Positions 18,098-27,300 of a stretch of DNA of 64,000 nucleotides are shown one piece after another (the stretch's first letter is position 1; each line of letters begins with the position of its first letter). The stretch is taken from the IMG/VR virus record IMGVR_UViG_3300046718_000884; one strand, given 5' to 3'. The notes beneath the pieces are model-generated. The model had not been told where the DNA came from. It searched no databases and was given only the letters and a program-made list of their open reading frames with translations. The DNA comes from an uncultured virus (IMG/VR IMGVR_UViG_3300046718_000884) (taxonomy: Duplodnaviria > Heunggongvirae > Uroviricota > Caudoviricetes). The position numbers and the translations under genes are program-made.

Positions 18098-18792
18098 TGC
18101 GGCTGGCGGCAGCCGCTGGGATGGTGGGAGCGCTTGCTCTCACCACGCCCGCCATGGCGGTGCCGGTGACGGACACGTTCTGCGGGCCAAGCTCCGGCCA
18201 GGGATGCGAGGTCGGTGGCGAGAAGATGGTGTTCCTCCAGGCCAAGACAAACACCATGCATGGCCTGGGGAATATCGGTTCGCAGAACGGGTTGCCGCTG
18301 ATGCACATCGATAGCGATGGCGGCAAGCTATCGTTGTTCATCGACCTGAAGAACGGGTTCGCGACGATCAAACCGACGAACGGGATTTCGTTTAACGGTT
18401 TGGACATCACGGTGCCCGGCTTCGGTTTTACCGAGCTGGTGTTTGACGTGCAGCTCACGCCGGAGTCGAAGAAAGCCAAGACCGAGTCCTTCACCATCGA
18501 AGGTTTCAGTGGAAACCATATCAGTGACGGCCTCGGCACCGAGACCGACAAACCGGACGCGGACACCGAGTTCTCGATCACCGCGCATGGCGGGGTGTTC
18601 GATGAGGTCAACATCGCCAGCCTCACCGGTTTCGATGAAATCAAACACATCGAAATCGGCGGGGTCTGCGCCATCCAGTCGAATGGTTCCTGCACGCCGG
18701 TGATCATCGAGACGCCGGAGCCGCTCACCCTGGCGCTGCTCGGCACCGGGCTGTTCGGCCTCGGGCTGGTGCGTCGGATACGTCGCGACTAA
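18094..18792 (+). CDS. PEP-CTERM sorting domain protein
   Basis: Signal peptide ...ALALTTPAMA; C-terminus TPEP-LTLALLGTGLFGLGLV-RRIRRD. Confidence 0.88.
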   Translation: MMRLAAAAGMVGALALTTPAMAVPVTDTFCGPSSGQGCEVGGEKMVFLQAKTNTMHGLGNIGSQNGLPLMHIDSDGGKLSLFIDLKNGFATIKPTNGISFNGLDITVPGFGFTELVFDVQLTPESKKAKTESFTIEGFSGNHISDGLGTETDKPDADTEFSITAHGGVFDEVNIASLTGFDEIKHIEIGGVCAIQSNGSCTPVIIETPEPLTLALLGTGLFGLGLVRRIRRD

Positions 18793-18856
18793 GCTCGCAG
18801 CACTCACGTCCCTATGGGGGTTCTGCCCCCGTGGGTGTTCAACCGAACCGGACTAT

Positions 18857-18890
18857 GCCCCGCCCGCCCCCCAATGGGCGGGGCTTTTTT
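18857..18890 (+). terminator. rho-independent terminator
   Basis: GCCCCGCCC/GGGCGGGGC stem followed by TTTTTT. Confidence 0.75.
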
Positions 18891-18905
18891 ATGCGGGGGT
18901 CGCCG

Positions 18906-19700
18906 ATGCCGCAGATCGCTTTCATCCTGGCCGCGACCGAGGCGGGGCCGATGATCGTCAACCGCCTCGACGTCCACACCACCGAACACGGCTTCTTCGG
19001 CGTCGGCGCCGAGCTGCTACAGGCCGGGCACTACGCCGAGCAGGACATCCAGGGGCTGGCCGGCGTGCTGAGCCTGCGCCGTCAGCACTGCGGTGACGGC
19101 GTGGTGGCGCTTGATATCGGCGCCAATATCGGCACCCACACTGTCGCCTGGGCCAAGCTCATGACCGGGTGGGGCGAGGTGCTCGCGGTCGAACCGCAGG
19201 AGCGCGTCTACTACGCGCTGGCCGGCAACATCGCGATCAACAACCTGTTCAACGCGCGGGCGCTGCAGGCGGTGATCGGTGAGCACGACGGCTGGATCGA
19301 GATCCCGGTGCTCGACCACACCAAGCCCGCTTCGTTCGGCTCGCTGGAGCTGCGGCCCTGCTCCGAGGAGGCGATCGGCCAGACGCCGGAGCGATCCGAG
19401 CGCGCCAGGATGGTCCGCATCGACACCATCCTCGACACCGGTCGCGTCGACCTGATCAAGCTCGACGTCGAGGGGATGGAACTGGCGGCGCTGGGGGGTG
19501 CCGAGATGACCATCGAGCACTGGCGCCCGGTGTTGTTCGTGGAGTGGGCCAAGTGTGGCGCCGAGCCGCTGCGGACGTGGCTGGCGGCGCGTGGCTATGA
19601 CAGCCACGTGCTGGGCATCAACCTGCTGGCGATCCACCAGCAGGACCCGGTGGCGGCGCACGTACAAAAAAGCCCCCCTGGCGCGGGCCAGGGGGGATAA
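18906..19700 (+). CDS. FkbM-family SAM-dependent methyltransferase
   Basis: ALDIGANIGTHT, AVEPQ, VDLIKLDVEGME, RPVLFVE. Confidence 0.88.
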   Translation: MPQIAFILAATEAGPMIVNRLDVHTTEHGFFGVGAELLQAGHYAEQDIQGLAGVLSLRRQHCGDGVVALDIGANIGTHTVAWAKLMTGWGEVLAVEPQERVYYALAGNIAINNLFNARALQAVIGEHDGWIEIPVLDHTKPASFGSLELRPCSEEAIGQTPERSERARMVRIDTILDTGRVDLIKLDVEGMELAALGGAEMTIEHWRPVLFVEWAKCGAEPLRTWLAARGYDSHVLGINLLAIHQQDPVAAHVQKSPPGAGQGG

Positions 19701-19776
19701 GGCTGGAGTGCAAACGAGTAGGAAAACGAACGTCGCTGGCTATGTATGGCCGGACGACGGCGCGGCAAGTGACGAT

Positions 19777-20040
19777 TCAGTCACCGCTCTCGCCGATATC
19801 CGTCAGGCTCACCCGCGACGGTGACAGCGTCGAGGCCACCGCCTGGGCGCGCTGCTCTTCCGCCCGCCGCTGCTGCGCCACCTGTTCCGCCGCTTGGTTG
19901 CGGAAGAAGAAGATCAGCTCGCTGATCTCTTCGAACGGCTGCTTGGCCAAGATCCCTTGCATGCGGTTGAACACGTCGAGCGGCATGCTGAGCGTGATGG
20001 TCGGGTTGTTGGTGGGCTGCGGTGGTGGCTGCATGAGCAC
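19777..20040 (-). CDS. hypothetical phage protein
   Basis: AGGAG SD; LAKQPFEEISELI motif. Confidence 0.6.
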   Translation of the reverse strand: MLMQPPPQPTNNPTITLSMPLDVFNRMQGILAKQPFEEISELIFFFRNQAAEQVAQQRRAEEQRAQAVASTLSPSRVSLTDIGESGD

Positions 20041-20055
20041 GGTGCGTCTCCTAGG

Positions 20056-20712
20056 CTAGACCGGCGTCGGCGTCGGCGGCGAGCCGCTGGGCGGCAGCGT
20101 GTTGTCCACCCCAGGCGGTGCCGACGGCAGGCCCTGGTCGGGGTGCAGCGAGGGATCGACGCAGACGTAGCGCCAGCCGATCCCGGGGATGCCGACGACC
20201 ACCCAGTAGTATTGGCTACCCGGCAGTCCTTGATCGGGAGCGGTCGGCCCACCCGGCAGGCCCTGGTCGGGGTGCGGCGGTTCGCCGGTTGGCGGCACCG
20301 GCCCACCACCGACCACCGGCGGCGGCACGATGGGACCACCACCGACATGCGGCGGGCGTCCAGGCGCGGGACCGCCACCGACATGCGGCGGGCGTCCAGG
20401 CAGACCCTGGTCGGGACGCGGCGGACGGCCACCACCACCCCAGGACGGCGGGCGGCCCCCACCGATCGGCGGCCAGATGGCACCCGGAGGCGTCCCCGGC
20501 GGCGCCGGCTGGATCGGATGGGAGGGCGTCAGCGGCGGCCACACACCGGGCGGTGGGCGCGGCAGCGAGTTGTCGATGCCGGGCGGTATCCCGGGCAGCG
20601 AGTTGTCGATACCGGGCGGCAGTGTGTTGTCGGGGCCGGGCGGCACGCCGGGCAGCTCGTTGTCTACGGAGCCATGCGAGGTGACGCGCAGAAAGCCTTG
20701 AACAAAAGGCAT
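20056..20712 (-). CDS. Pro/Gly-rich repeat protein
   Basis: AGGAGGGG SD; repeated (V/I/P)DN(S/T/E)LP and PDQGLP units; YYWVVVGIPGIGWRYVCVD segment. Confidence 0.7.
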   Translation of the reverse strand: MPFVQGFLRVTSHGSVDNELPGVPPGPDNTLPPGIDNSLPGIPPGIDNSLPRPPPGVWPPLTPSHPIQPAPPGTPPGAIWPPIGGGRPPSWGGGGRPPRPDQGLPGRPPHVGGGPAPGRPPHVGGGPIVPPPVVGGGPVPPTGEPPHPDQGLPGGPTAPDQGLPGSQYYWVVVGIPGIGWRYVCVDPSLHPDQGLPSAPPGVDNTLPPSGSPPTPTPV

Positions 20713-20801
20713 ATGATTCTCCCCTCCTCTTCTAGTGGGTGATGAACAGGCACGTAATGGCAGCAGATGTAAAGGCCGCTGCAACCTGGGCGGGCTGAAC
20801 G

Positions 20802-23800
20802 TCACACCATCATCACCACCCGCGCCTGTCCACTCGACGTGGCGTCTTGCAGCTCGGCGGTGGACAGCACGCGCGGCCAGTAGCGGATGCGCGACTTATA
20901 GCCGTTCTGCGCGGCTTGCCGAATGGCGCTTAGGTTCATCCGGGTGATGGTGACCGGCGTGGTGCCGGTGGCGGTGGCTATCGGGCCGGCGTTCAGACAG
21001 CCGGTGAGAGTGCCACCGGCATAGGTGATCGCCGCTCTGAGTGGTGCGTTCGCGGTCGCGAGGTTGGTGGTGTTTCCTGGCGTCCCTCCGACGCCGGCGC
21101 TCGCCGCCACGATCTGCCACTGCGAGGTGCCGGCAGCAACGCGTCCGATGTAGCAGTTGTTGATGCTGGCATCATCGAGACCGATGACATCCTGATTACC
21201 CGACGCACCGACCTGCGGCATCGTCATGTCCACTGCCATGGTGCCCTGCGCCGGGTTGAGCCACGGCGCGATCGTCATCGGTATGAAGCAGACATCAGCC
21301 GCCCGCGTCAGGGACCCAGCCGGCGTCGGCAGATAACTGGTGGCGAACACCGTCGCCGCGATCGACGTCTCGACCTGCGGTCCCCAGACGAAGATACCGA
21401 GGCCGGTGCTGGCGGGCGTGTAACCCTGGCCGACCAGCGTGACGGTCGACGGAGCGGGGGTGATACCAAACACATAAGCCCCGCCGCCGGTGGCAACGCT
21501 GGTCGCGGTGACCGACACGCGATACCAACCGTTTGGGAACGCCGTGATGGTGCAGGTCGAACCACCCGACGTCGTCACGATGGTGCCGGTCGTCAGATCG
21601 AACAAGCCGCCCGTATTGCCGGCAGGAAACGCGGTATTGCTAAAAAACAGCGACACGCGCGTATAGGTATTTGCCTTTACAAACGCACTGCCACAATAGT
21701 TGGTGCTTACCGCGCCGGTATATGGCCGGTATATAAGATGGGCATTACCCGCCACATCATTGGTCACCACGCTCGACGCGTTGGTGGTGCCGTCCGGTGA
21801 CACAGCCACATTGTCGGTCGCCAACACGCAGCCTGCCGGCGAGGTGGCCCAGGGCACCAGGGCGACACTGGAATTGAGCAAATTCGCCCGCGCCTCTTCG
21901 ATCAGCAGGCCGAGCGGCGTGCGGGAGACCGGATCGTAACCGAACCTCGGCACGTTGGCTGCCGCGTATTGGATCGTGGCGTTGGCGTCGATATAGGTCG
22001 CGGTCGAGTTGCGTGCGAACGAGAGCTGCGGATCGAGCGTCGGGCCGAGCAGACTGATATCGATCGTCGGCGCGAGATCCGGTCCGGTGACCTGTTGCAA
22101 CTCGGTGTCGGCCAGGATGCGCGGCCAGTAACGCGTGTGACGTATCCAGCCGCCCAGCGGCGAGGTGCGGCCAGAAGCAATCGCCAGCCGGTTCAGCACC
22201 GTCGGCGTCGCGGTGAAGGTGAACGGCGCGATGGTGCCGGCGTTCTGCACACAACGCCCGGCCAGCCCGGTGCCGTCGAACGTCGAGGCCTGCTTCATCA
22301 CGATGTTGGCCGAGAAATTACCGGAGGCGCCAGTGCCCACGGAGACGCCGGCTGAAAACACCGTCACCGAATTGGTATTCGTGGGGCTGGCATTGCGGAT
22401 GTTGTAGAGGTTGTTGGTCGAGCCGTCGTCCAGCTCGATCGTGACGAGACCCGACCCGGCGGGCAGCGTCGCGTAGGTGACCACGCTCTCGGACTCGATG
22501 GTGTTGCTCAGCAGGTTGACCCCTGGGACCGCGTTGGTGGCGGTGTAAGCCGCTTCACCGGCGCGCGTTGAGGCGCCGGGCGTGCCGGCGGGCGGCAGCA
22601 CCAGCGAGGTTACCTGGGACCCCAGCTCGATCTGTATTCCGGCGAGGCGCACGGTGAAATCAAGCGCGCTTGCGGTGATCGGGATCTGCAGGAAGGGTTG
22701 CACAAACGCACAGTTCGACGCGGTGGTGAATGCGTAGTTCACTCGCGTCTTGGTGAGAGCGTCTCCGACGGACATGCCAATGGTGGACAGCACGAAATTG
22801 GTCGATGACAGCGTGGTAAGCGCGGTGCCGGTCGAGTCGTATTGGTTGAACCGCAGGTTGAAGTTGGTGAACCCGGTGAAACTGCCAGCTGGAAACGACA
22901 GATAGAGCGAGAATATATAGGCGGTGCTGGCGGTCACCGGGATCGACGCGGTCGAGGCTGCCGAGAATATGAAGTTGTTGTTGAACGTCGGCGCCGCAGC
23001 GTTCTGATTGCGATATTCCACATAAGGCAAACCGCGCTCGGTGCCGGTGGCAATGGTGCGCGTGACGTTGACCGAGTTGGTGCTCCACCCGGTCGGGTCG
23101 GTGCCCGGCGACCCCACGACCGCGCCCTCGCCCCGTGGGTTGGGCACGAGGTTGGTGCGGGCGACTTCCATCAGCAGCCCGAGCGGCTGCAGCGAGACCG
23201 GATTGTAGTCGAGCCTCGGTATGTTCAAGCCGGCGGACTGCAGCGTGCCGTGATTGTCAAAATAGGTGCCAGCCGAAGCACGCTGGAACGTCAGACCGCC
23301 GGGCAGCACGCCGGTGGTGAAGTCATGATCGAGCGTTGGCGCCAGAGTGGCGGCTTGCAGGTCGGCGTTGGCCAGATCGTAGGGCCAGTAGCGAGCGCGG
23401 TAGATCGTGCCACAGAGATATAGGCTGGTGTTCGCGGAGCCGATCCCCAGCGTGGTCAAGCCGCTCTGGATGTTTGCAAAAACGCCAGCACCCACCGTCC
23501 CGCCATTGAGGCTGCCGGCCTGCCTGCCGCCGCGAATCGCGCCGATCGCCTGATAGATCGGGCCGTTGAACGACGTGCCCCCGGGCAGGTCCACAACCCC
23601 GGCAACCGCGTCGCTGATCGAGATGTTGCCCGAAGCGCGATGCAATAGGCCGGAACGGTTGGCACCGACATAGGCGCCAAAGGGCACGCAGGCGTTGATG
23701 TTAAGGAACGGTTCCGACGCCTGCACGTAGTAGGTGCTGGCCGCCGGATTGAACCAACTGCCGACCGGCATGGTGCAAAGATCCGCCGCGCGCGTGACGA

Positions 23801-24305
23801 AGGTGCCGGTGGTCGGGATGTAGGATGTCGGGAATGAAACGCCGGACGTGGAGACACCACGCTCCAGTTGAAATCGCGTCAATGATCCGCTGACAGTAAC
23901 GACCATGGTGCCGGCAGTCGTCATGATGAAGGACGCCGGGGTGCCGGCGGTGGCGGTGACGGGGAGAGTGGTGGAGGACGCGCCGGTGCCGGCGGTCACT
24001 GTAGCGCTGCCGGTGCCGATCACCCAGAGGATATGCACGTTATTCGCCGGCGCCCCGAGCGTGACCGTGGTCTGTGTCGCCGGCGCATCGCTGTTCAGCA
24101 GGTAATTGGTGCGGAGTTCTTCGGTATAGAGGCCGCCACCGATGAAGCGCGGCGCATTGGCCGCGTAGGTCGTGTAGGTCGACCCCGCCGCATCGGTGTA
24201 GAAGCTGTTCGTCGCAACACTGGCGCGTGCGAAGGTCAAGCCGGCGGGCAGCACGCCGGTGGTGAAATCGAGATCAAGCGCTGGAACCCTGAGCGTGCCG
24301 GACAT
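20802..24305 (-). CDS. large virion fibre/spike protein with three tandem lectin-like modules
   Basis: Three repeats starting LD.DF..G.LP.GLTF.R.S and ending RYWP..L...(E/D)LQ; E..RTN and QxE.G...TSY.PT motifs. Confidence 0.72.
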   Translation of the reverse strand: MSGTLRVPALDLDFTTGVLPAGLTFARASVATNSFYTDAAGSTYTTYAANAPRFIGGGLYTEELRTNYLLNSDAPATQTTVTLGAPANNVHILWVIGTGSATVTAGTGASSTTLPVTATAGTPASFIMTTAGTMVVTVSGSLTRFQLERGVSTSGVSFPTSYIPTTGTFVTRAADLCTMPVGSWFNPAASTYYVQASEPFLNINACVPFGAYVGANRSGLLHRASGNISISDAVAGVVDLPGGTSFNGPIYQAIGAIRGGRQAGSLNGGTVGAGVFANIQSGLTTLGIGSANTSLYLCGTIYRARYWPYDLANADLQAATLAPTLDHDFTTGVLPGGLTFQRASAGTYFDNHGTLQSAGLNIPRLDYNPVSLQPLGLLMEVARTNLVPNPRGEGAVVGSPGTDPTGWSTNSVNVTRTIATGTERGLPYVEYRNQNAAAPTFNNNFIFSAASTASIPVTASTAYIFSLYLSFPAGSFTGFTNFNLRFNQYDSTGTALTTLSSTNFVLSTIGMSVGDALTKTRVNYAFTTASNCAFVQPFLQIPITASALDFTVRLAGIQIELGSQVTSLVLPPAGTPGASTRAGEAAYTATNAVPGVNLLSNTIESESVVTYATLPAGSGLVTIELDDGSTNNLYNIRNASPTNTNSVTVFSAGVSVGTGASGNFSANIVMKQASTFDGTGLAGRCVQNAGTIAPFTFTATPTVLNRLAIASGRTSPLGGWIRHTRYWPRILADTELQQVTGPDLAPTIDISLLGPTLDPQLSFARNSTATYIDANATIQYAAANVPRFGYDPVSRTPLGLLIEEARANLLNSSVALVPWATSPAGCVLATDNVAVSPDGTTNASSVVTNDVAGNAHLIYRPYTGAVSTNYCGSAFVKANTYTRVSLFFSNTAFPAGNTGGLFDLTTGTIVTTSGGSTCTITAFPNGWYRVSVTATSVATGGGAYVFGITPAPSTVTLVGQGYTPASTGLGIFVWGPQVETSIAATVFATSYLPTPAGSLTRAADVCFIPMTIAPWLNPAQGTMAVDMTMPQVGASGNQDVIGLDDASINNCYIGRVAAGTSQWQIVAASAGVGGTPGNTTNLATANAPLRAAITYAGGTLTGCLNAGPIATATGTTPVTITRMNLSAIRQAAQNGYKSRIRYWPRVLSTAELQDATSSGQARVVMMV

Positions 24306-27300
24306 TACACGCGCGACGCCAGGATCGTGATGCCGATATCGGCGAGCGTCGCATCCTGCGTCGCGGGAGCGACCATCTGCATCACGTCGCCGATCGCCAG
24401 CGAGCCGCCGGCGCCGGCCAGGGTGGCGCTGGTGTTGGTGGCGCTGGTGATGGTGACGGTGCCCAGTGCCGTCGTGGTGCCGCCGGAGATCTTGTTCAGC
24501 GTGAACACCGCATTCCCGGTCGCCTTGGTGGTGTCATACGCCACCGCGCCCGCGAGCGCCGCCGGCACGGTGATCGCCATTGCCATCGGCACGTTGACCA
24601 CACTGCTGCCCGGTGGCTTGCCGGCGAACGGGAAGCTGATCGGCAGTTGCTGCACCTCGGTGGGCAACGCGCTATAGGGCAGCGGGCCGGTGGTCGAGGA
24701 GTCGGTGATCAGACCGAAGCCGGCCATCGCGGCCAGCAGGCTGGTGACTGCGGGGATGCCGCCCTGCACACCGGTCACGGTTTGCTTGGCGATCGGGGTG
24801 GCACCATTGAACCCCAAGCGCGCGGTGCTGCTCATATTGATCTGCAGACCGCCGTTGGTGCTGGACGAACCATAGATCGCGGCGGGGGATGTCGAGGTGG
24901 CGCCCGGCAGCAGCAGCAGGTTGTTGCCGCCAGGGGGTGCCGCGACATTGAATCCGCCGCCATTAACCTGCACGACACCGGACCCGCTCGGCGCGAGCAC
25001 GACGTTGTCGCCCGCTGTCGCACCCGGAGTGATCTGCAGCGCGTCGTTGGTGCCGACGGTGCCGAAGCTATGCGGGCCGACACCGGTCGCGGTCAGGTTG
25101 TCGGCGACGGTGAGGCCGCCGGTGCCGGTGGTTGCCAGCGTGACGTCGTTGGTTCCCGCTGCACCCGGCGTGACCGTCAGCGCGTTCTGCGCCCCGGCGC
25201 CGACCGACAACGTGCCGGTCTGGGTGGCATTGGTCACCGTCAGCGCGCCGATCTGCGCGTTGTTGGTCACCGTCAGCGCGGTGCCAGCAGCAGCGAACGT
25301 GGTCGCGTTCGGCACCGTGCCACCGGTGAAGCCGGTGGGGGGAACGCCGGAAATCACCCCGGTGCCGTCGATGACGATCGTGGTGCCGTCGATCTTCACG
25401 CCACCCAGCACGGTGGTGCTGGCGATGGGCAGCACATAGTTGCCGCCGGCAATCGAGGAGTTGGTGATCAGTCCGTAATTGGCCAGCGAGGTCAGCAGGC
25501 TGGCGAGCGCGGTGCCGTCACCCTGGTTGCCGCTGACGGTGGGCTTGGCGATAGGGGTGGTGCCCAAGAATCCCAAGGGCCGCGTGTTGGCGCCTACCAT
25601 CAGGCCGCCAGTGCCGGATGGCGTGATGCCGGCATAGGCCGAGCTGCTGGCACCGGACACCAGGGAGACGGTGTTGTTGGTGAGTGTGAGACCCACCGTC
25701 AGTGAGGTGGTGATCGGCGGCAGGATCAGGCCGCCGGTGCCGGTCTGCGCGATCGATATCGCGCCGGCGGCGGTGGACCCCGGGGTGATCTGCAGCGCGT
25801 TGTTGGTGCCGCTCAGGCCGAACACGTGGCCCCCTGGCCCGGTGGCGACGACGTTGCCGGTGGCATTGACGTTGCCCTGCGACGTCAGGCTCGGGACGGT
25901 GACGGTGCCGGTGCCGCCGACGGTGAGGCCGCCGGTGCCGGACGGCGTGAGTGTGACCGGGTTGGTTCCCGCCGCGCCCGGCACGATCGTCAGGTTGTTG
26001 GTCGTGCCAGGAGTGTTGGTGATGACGAAATTGCCGGCGCGGGTGAAGCCGGTGCCGAGCGTGACGGTGACATCGCCGCCGATGCCGGAGGTCAGCGCAT
26101 TGCCGGCGGTCAGCGTGATCGGGCCGCCGCCGAGCTTGGAGTTGCCGGCCTTCAACGCGATCGAAGCCGGATTGCCGCTGGTCTGGCCGGACGCGTCACC
26201 GGTGGTCAGGCTTATGCCGCCGGTGCCAGTTGTCGCGGTGGTGCTGGTAATGGTTGATATACTTACTCCGCCGGAAGACGTCGTGCCGGCGCCGGATTGT
26301 ATAGTTATAGCTCCGGAAACTACCGCGTTCGTGGTTTGTAGAAAAACAGTACCGCTGGAACCGGTGGTGCTGCCGCCGCTTTTAAGGGTTACCGAACCAC
26401 TATTAAATCCGGTGCCGCTGCCGCTCTGCACTAATAGGTTTGCGGTGTTGGTGGTGGCGCTGTCAGCCGTCTGGATGGAGAGCTGGCCACTCGCGCTGGT
26501 GACGATCGTCGCGCCCTGCGTCGCGGTGCCGCCGGGGGTGATGGTGACGCCGTTCACTGGCGCGGCGCCGACCTGCAACGTGCCGGTCTGCGTGGTGTTG
26601 GTGACGGTGACCGCCGTGCCGGTCGCGGTGAAGGTTGTGGCGTTGGGAACGGTGCCGCCGGTGAAGCCACCGCCGCTCGATGCCACGGCGGCGGTGACGT
26701 AGGCGGTGGTGGCCACCGTGGTGTCGTTGATGGTGGGCGCCGGTGTCGGCGTGAACACCGGCCCGGCAAACGAGAACCCGCCGGTGCCAAACTGCGCGAA
26801 GGTGATCGGGTTGGCCAGCGCCGGCCCAGGCGCCACCGTCAGGTAGTTGTTCGTGGTGCCGGGGGCTTTGACGACGAAATTGCCGCCCTTGCCGGTGCCG
26901 AAGCCGGTGCCGAGCGTGACGGTGAGGTCACCGCCATTGGCGTTGCTCGCGGTGGCCACACCGGTCAGGAGCTGGATGCCCGCTGCGTCCCGCCCGCCGG
27001 TGCTCTTGCCGACCGTCAGGACGATCGGGTTGCTGGCACCGAAGGTGCTGGAGGCGTCGCCGGTGCTGATGTTGACCGCGCTGCCGACCGTCCCGCCGCC
27101 GGTGCCGATGGTGACCGCACCGGTGACCGACGGATCTGTGCCGGTGCTGGTGCCGGTCTTCAGGGTGAGCGTGCCGGTTGCGGTGGTGGAGTCAGGCGTG
27201 GTGATGCTGATGGCGCCGCTGGTGGCACCGGCGGCGGTGCCGCCGGTCAGCGTGATCGCGCCACCCGGCCCGGTTGCGCCACCCGGCCCGCCCCTGATGG

